From the sequence record SRR22947725_3987: a stretch of DNA of 51,443 nucleotides; one strand, 5' to 3'. The translations under genes were made by a program, and so were the position numbers. Shown here piece by piece: positions 50,087 to 51,443 of this stretch (its first letter is position 1; the number at the start of each line of letters is the position of its first letter). The notes under the pieces were generated by a model. The model saw only the letters and a list, made by a program, of their open reading frames with translations, made no database searches and had not been told where the DNA came from.

Positions 50087-50136
50087 CCAAGAATAGCCCC
50101 TATTCTTGGCGGGTGTAACTCGTTTACTGAGAGTTA
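50087..50136. promoter_or_regulatory. Two inverted repeats upstream of the island operon (operator candidates)
   Basis: CCAAGAATAG-ccc-CTATTCTTGG (50087-50109) and TAACTC-N9-GAGTTA (50116-50136). Confidence 0.5.
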
Positions 50137-50416
50137 TAGGGGTTTAAAAGTGGTCGAAAAATGCGGCGTCAGGCCTAGAAAGGAGCATGCAAGCCGAAAT
50201 GGAACAATTCGACCCCCTGATGCGGTGAAAACCTAGGTGTAAATAGTTCAATTTTTTACCTTTTTTTAAGATCTGTTGGGCCGAACAGTGGGGATCAGCC
50301 TAGCTAATCTTGAGAAGCCGCGTTTTGGCAGCAGCTAACGCGATTAGGGACAGCGCCATTAGCCCGAATCCGGGTTCTAGGGTAACCTGGGGAAGGAAAT
50401 AGCTATTGAAACCTGT

Positions 50417-51277
50417 TCAATAGTATTCTCGTATGTAGCCGTAAGCACGCTCAAACAAGTCTTGGTCCTTGTGGAGCTTGTATTTTAATAGAGATTTTCT
50501 CAGCGCCTTCTGCACTTCCTTCTGACCTGAACTGGAATCCTGCCAGCCATCAAAGCGAACGAATTTCACGATCTCATCAATATCATTGACGATTCGTGCG
50601 ACGACGGCCGGGGTCTGGTCTGTTTTCAGGTCGAGAAACAATTCAGTATGGGCAGCTTTTGCCCCTTTTTGCTCCTGCTCGGTAAGGGCATCCTTCTCAG
50701 CCTCGACGGTTTCGCGGGCGATCTTGCAGAGTTCTTTGACGAACTCGATGCTCTGGATCAGTCCTTGCTCTGCTTTGTCACGGAGCTTTTCGAGACGTTC
50801 GCTGAGGTCTTTGAACCTTGGGTCGTCGCCACCTTTCTTGAGGCGCTTGGCGAGTTCCTTTTCGAGGCCTTTGACCCTCTTCGGATCACCACTTCCGGCG
50901 ATCTCTTCGATGACTTCGGCGTCGAGAACGTATTCTTTCACCTCATCGACGATGCCTCCGACGTGGATGTTCTTATGGATGAGTTCGGAGGTCTTGGCTC
51001 CGGTGGTATGCCAGAGGAGTTTGCCGATGTTGTCGTTGCTAGGTTTGACGGACTGGTAGACGCCAGTGAGCCAGCGGTGGTCGGCTTGGTAGGCATTGAG
51101 GATGTCAGCGGGACTGAGAGATTCCCAGACCTTGGCGAAGGCGTCGCGCTTCTCGTCGTCGTTGATGCAGTTCTGGGCAGCTTCCAGGCCCTCGAAGCCA
51201 TCGATGGTGCGATCCACTCCGGGGAAGTGGGCGAGGCAGTCGGCCATGGCTTCGGGGAGCTTGGCTTCGAGTTCCTG
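50417..51277 (-). pseudogene. hsdR: C-terminal fragment of a type I restriction enzyme R subunit (HsdR), lacking nuclease and helicase domains
   Basis: GFEGLEAAQ, WESLSP, RWLTGVYQSV, LSERLEKLR, IVNDIDEIV..VRFDGWQ, DLFERAYGYIREYY resemble HsdR C-termini; the sequence upstream is unrelated. Confidence 0.72.
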
Positions 51278-51443
51278 TGTGACAGGCTTATCTTCGATGG
51301 TTGAGGGGATATGCAAGGTCCCTGAAGCCTCCCCGCTGCATCCCGTGATGTGGACCTCTTGATCTTCTCTACCCCTGGACATCCGAAGACAAGCCAAATC
51401 ACTGGTCGAAGCTGGCAAGACCTCAGCTGAGGTCGGTGTGTTG
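51278..51443 (-). pseudogene. N-terminal remnant of a BspA-type leucine-rich-repeat surface protein, in frame with the HsdR fragment
   Basis: ASTSDL...VHITGCSGEASGTLHIPSTIEDKPVT resembles the N-cap that precedes LRR_5 repeats; the frame is open to the window edge. Confidence 0.5.

Larger units (their letters stand above)
43866..51443. mobile_element. tRNA-Thr-anchored genomic island, phage-satellite/PICI-like; far boundary outside the window
   Basis: Abrupt switch after the tRNA 3' end to excisionase, phage-type PolA, primase-helicase, iteron array, terminase-like HTH and an R-M fragment. No integrase or att repeat seen within the window. Confidence 0.85.

Noticed and set aside
50586-51402. 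Alternative-frame ORFs (157, 218, 154 and 88 aa) over the HsdR fragment
   Set aside because: Expected by-products of GC-rich codon usage; only the HsdR frame has recognisable motifs.
50047-51443. Second att site (duplicated tRNA-Thr 3' end) or integrase
   Set aside because: No convincing copy of the tRNA 3' end and no recombinase motifs found by eye; the boundary probably lies outside the window.

Overview
Bacterial chromosomal window, most likely from a PVC-superphylum organism (Verrucomicrobiota-like; inferred from DUF1501, sulfatase and DUF1080 proteins, an alpha2-type GlyRS and a nusA operon without rimP). Positions 1-43.8 kb are mostly core or lineage-typical genes: prs (partial), prsW, yqjDEK-like trio, nusA-infB-rbfA-DHH-truB-ribF, blue-copper protein plus beta-propeller partner, ECF sigma/anti-sigma, hisB, TonB-dependent receptor, arylsulfatase, PIG-L deacetylase, cysK, REC-PAS-PP2C phosphatase, flippase/GT2, M20 peptidase, glyQS, NUDIX, DUF1501, DegP-like protease, amt plus P-II, M3 peptidase, apbE, AraC, a TIM-barrel sugar enzyme and a hydrolase-DUF1080 fusion. 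At tRNA-Thr(TGT) (43791-43865) an accessory island begins and runs off the window end. It has a phage-satellite (PICI-like) layout on the minus strand: excisionase-type HTH, orphan ORF, intact proofreading family-A DNA polymerase, Toprim primase-SF3 helicase, a replication-origin-like array of six CTATGYCCACCC repeats flanking an AT-rich core, and a small terminase-like HTH protein. Beyond these lies a chimeric, probably decayed type I restriction (HsdR) C-terminal fragment. The best candidate for a little-described system is this compact satellite-like element carrying its own primase, helicase, PolA and origin. No integrase or second att site is visible in the window. All family calls are from motif recognition by eye, not database searches.
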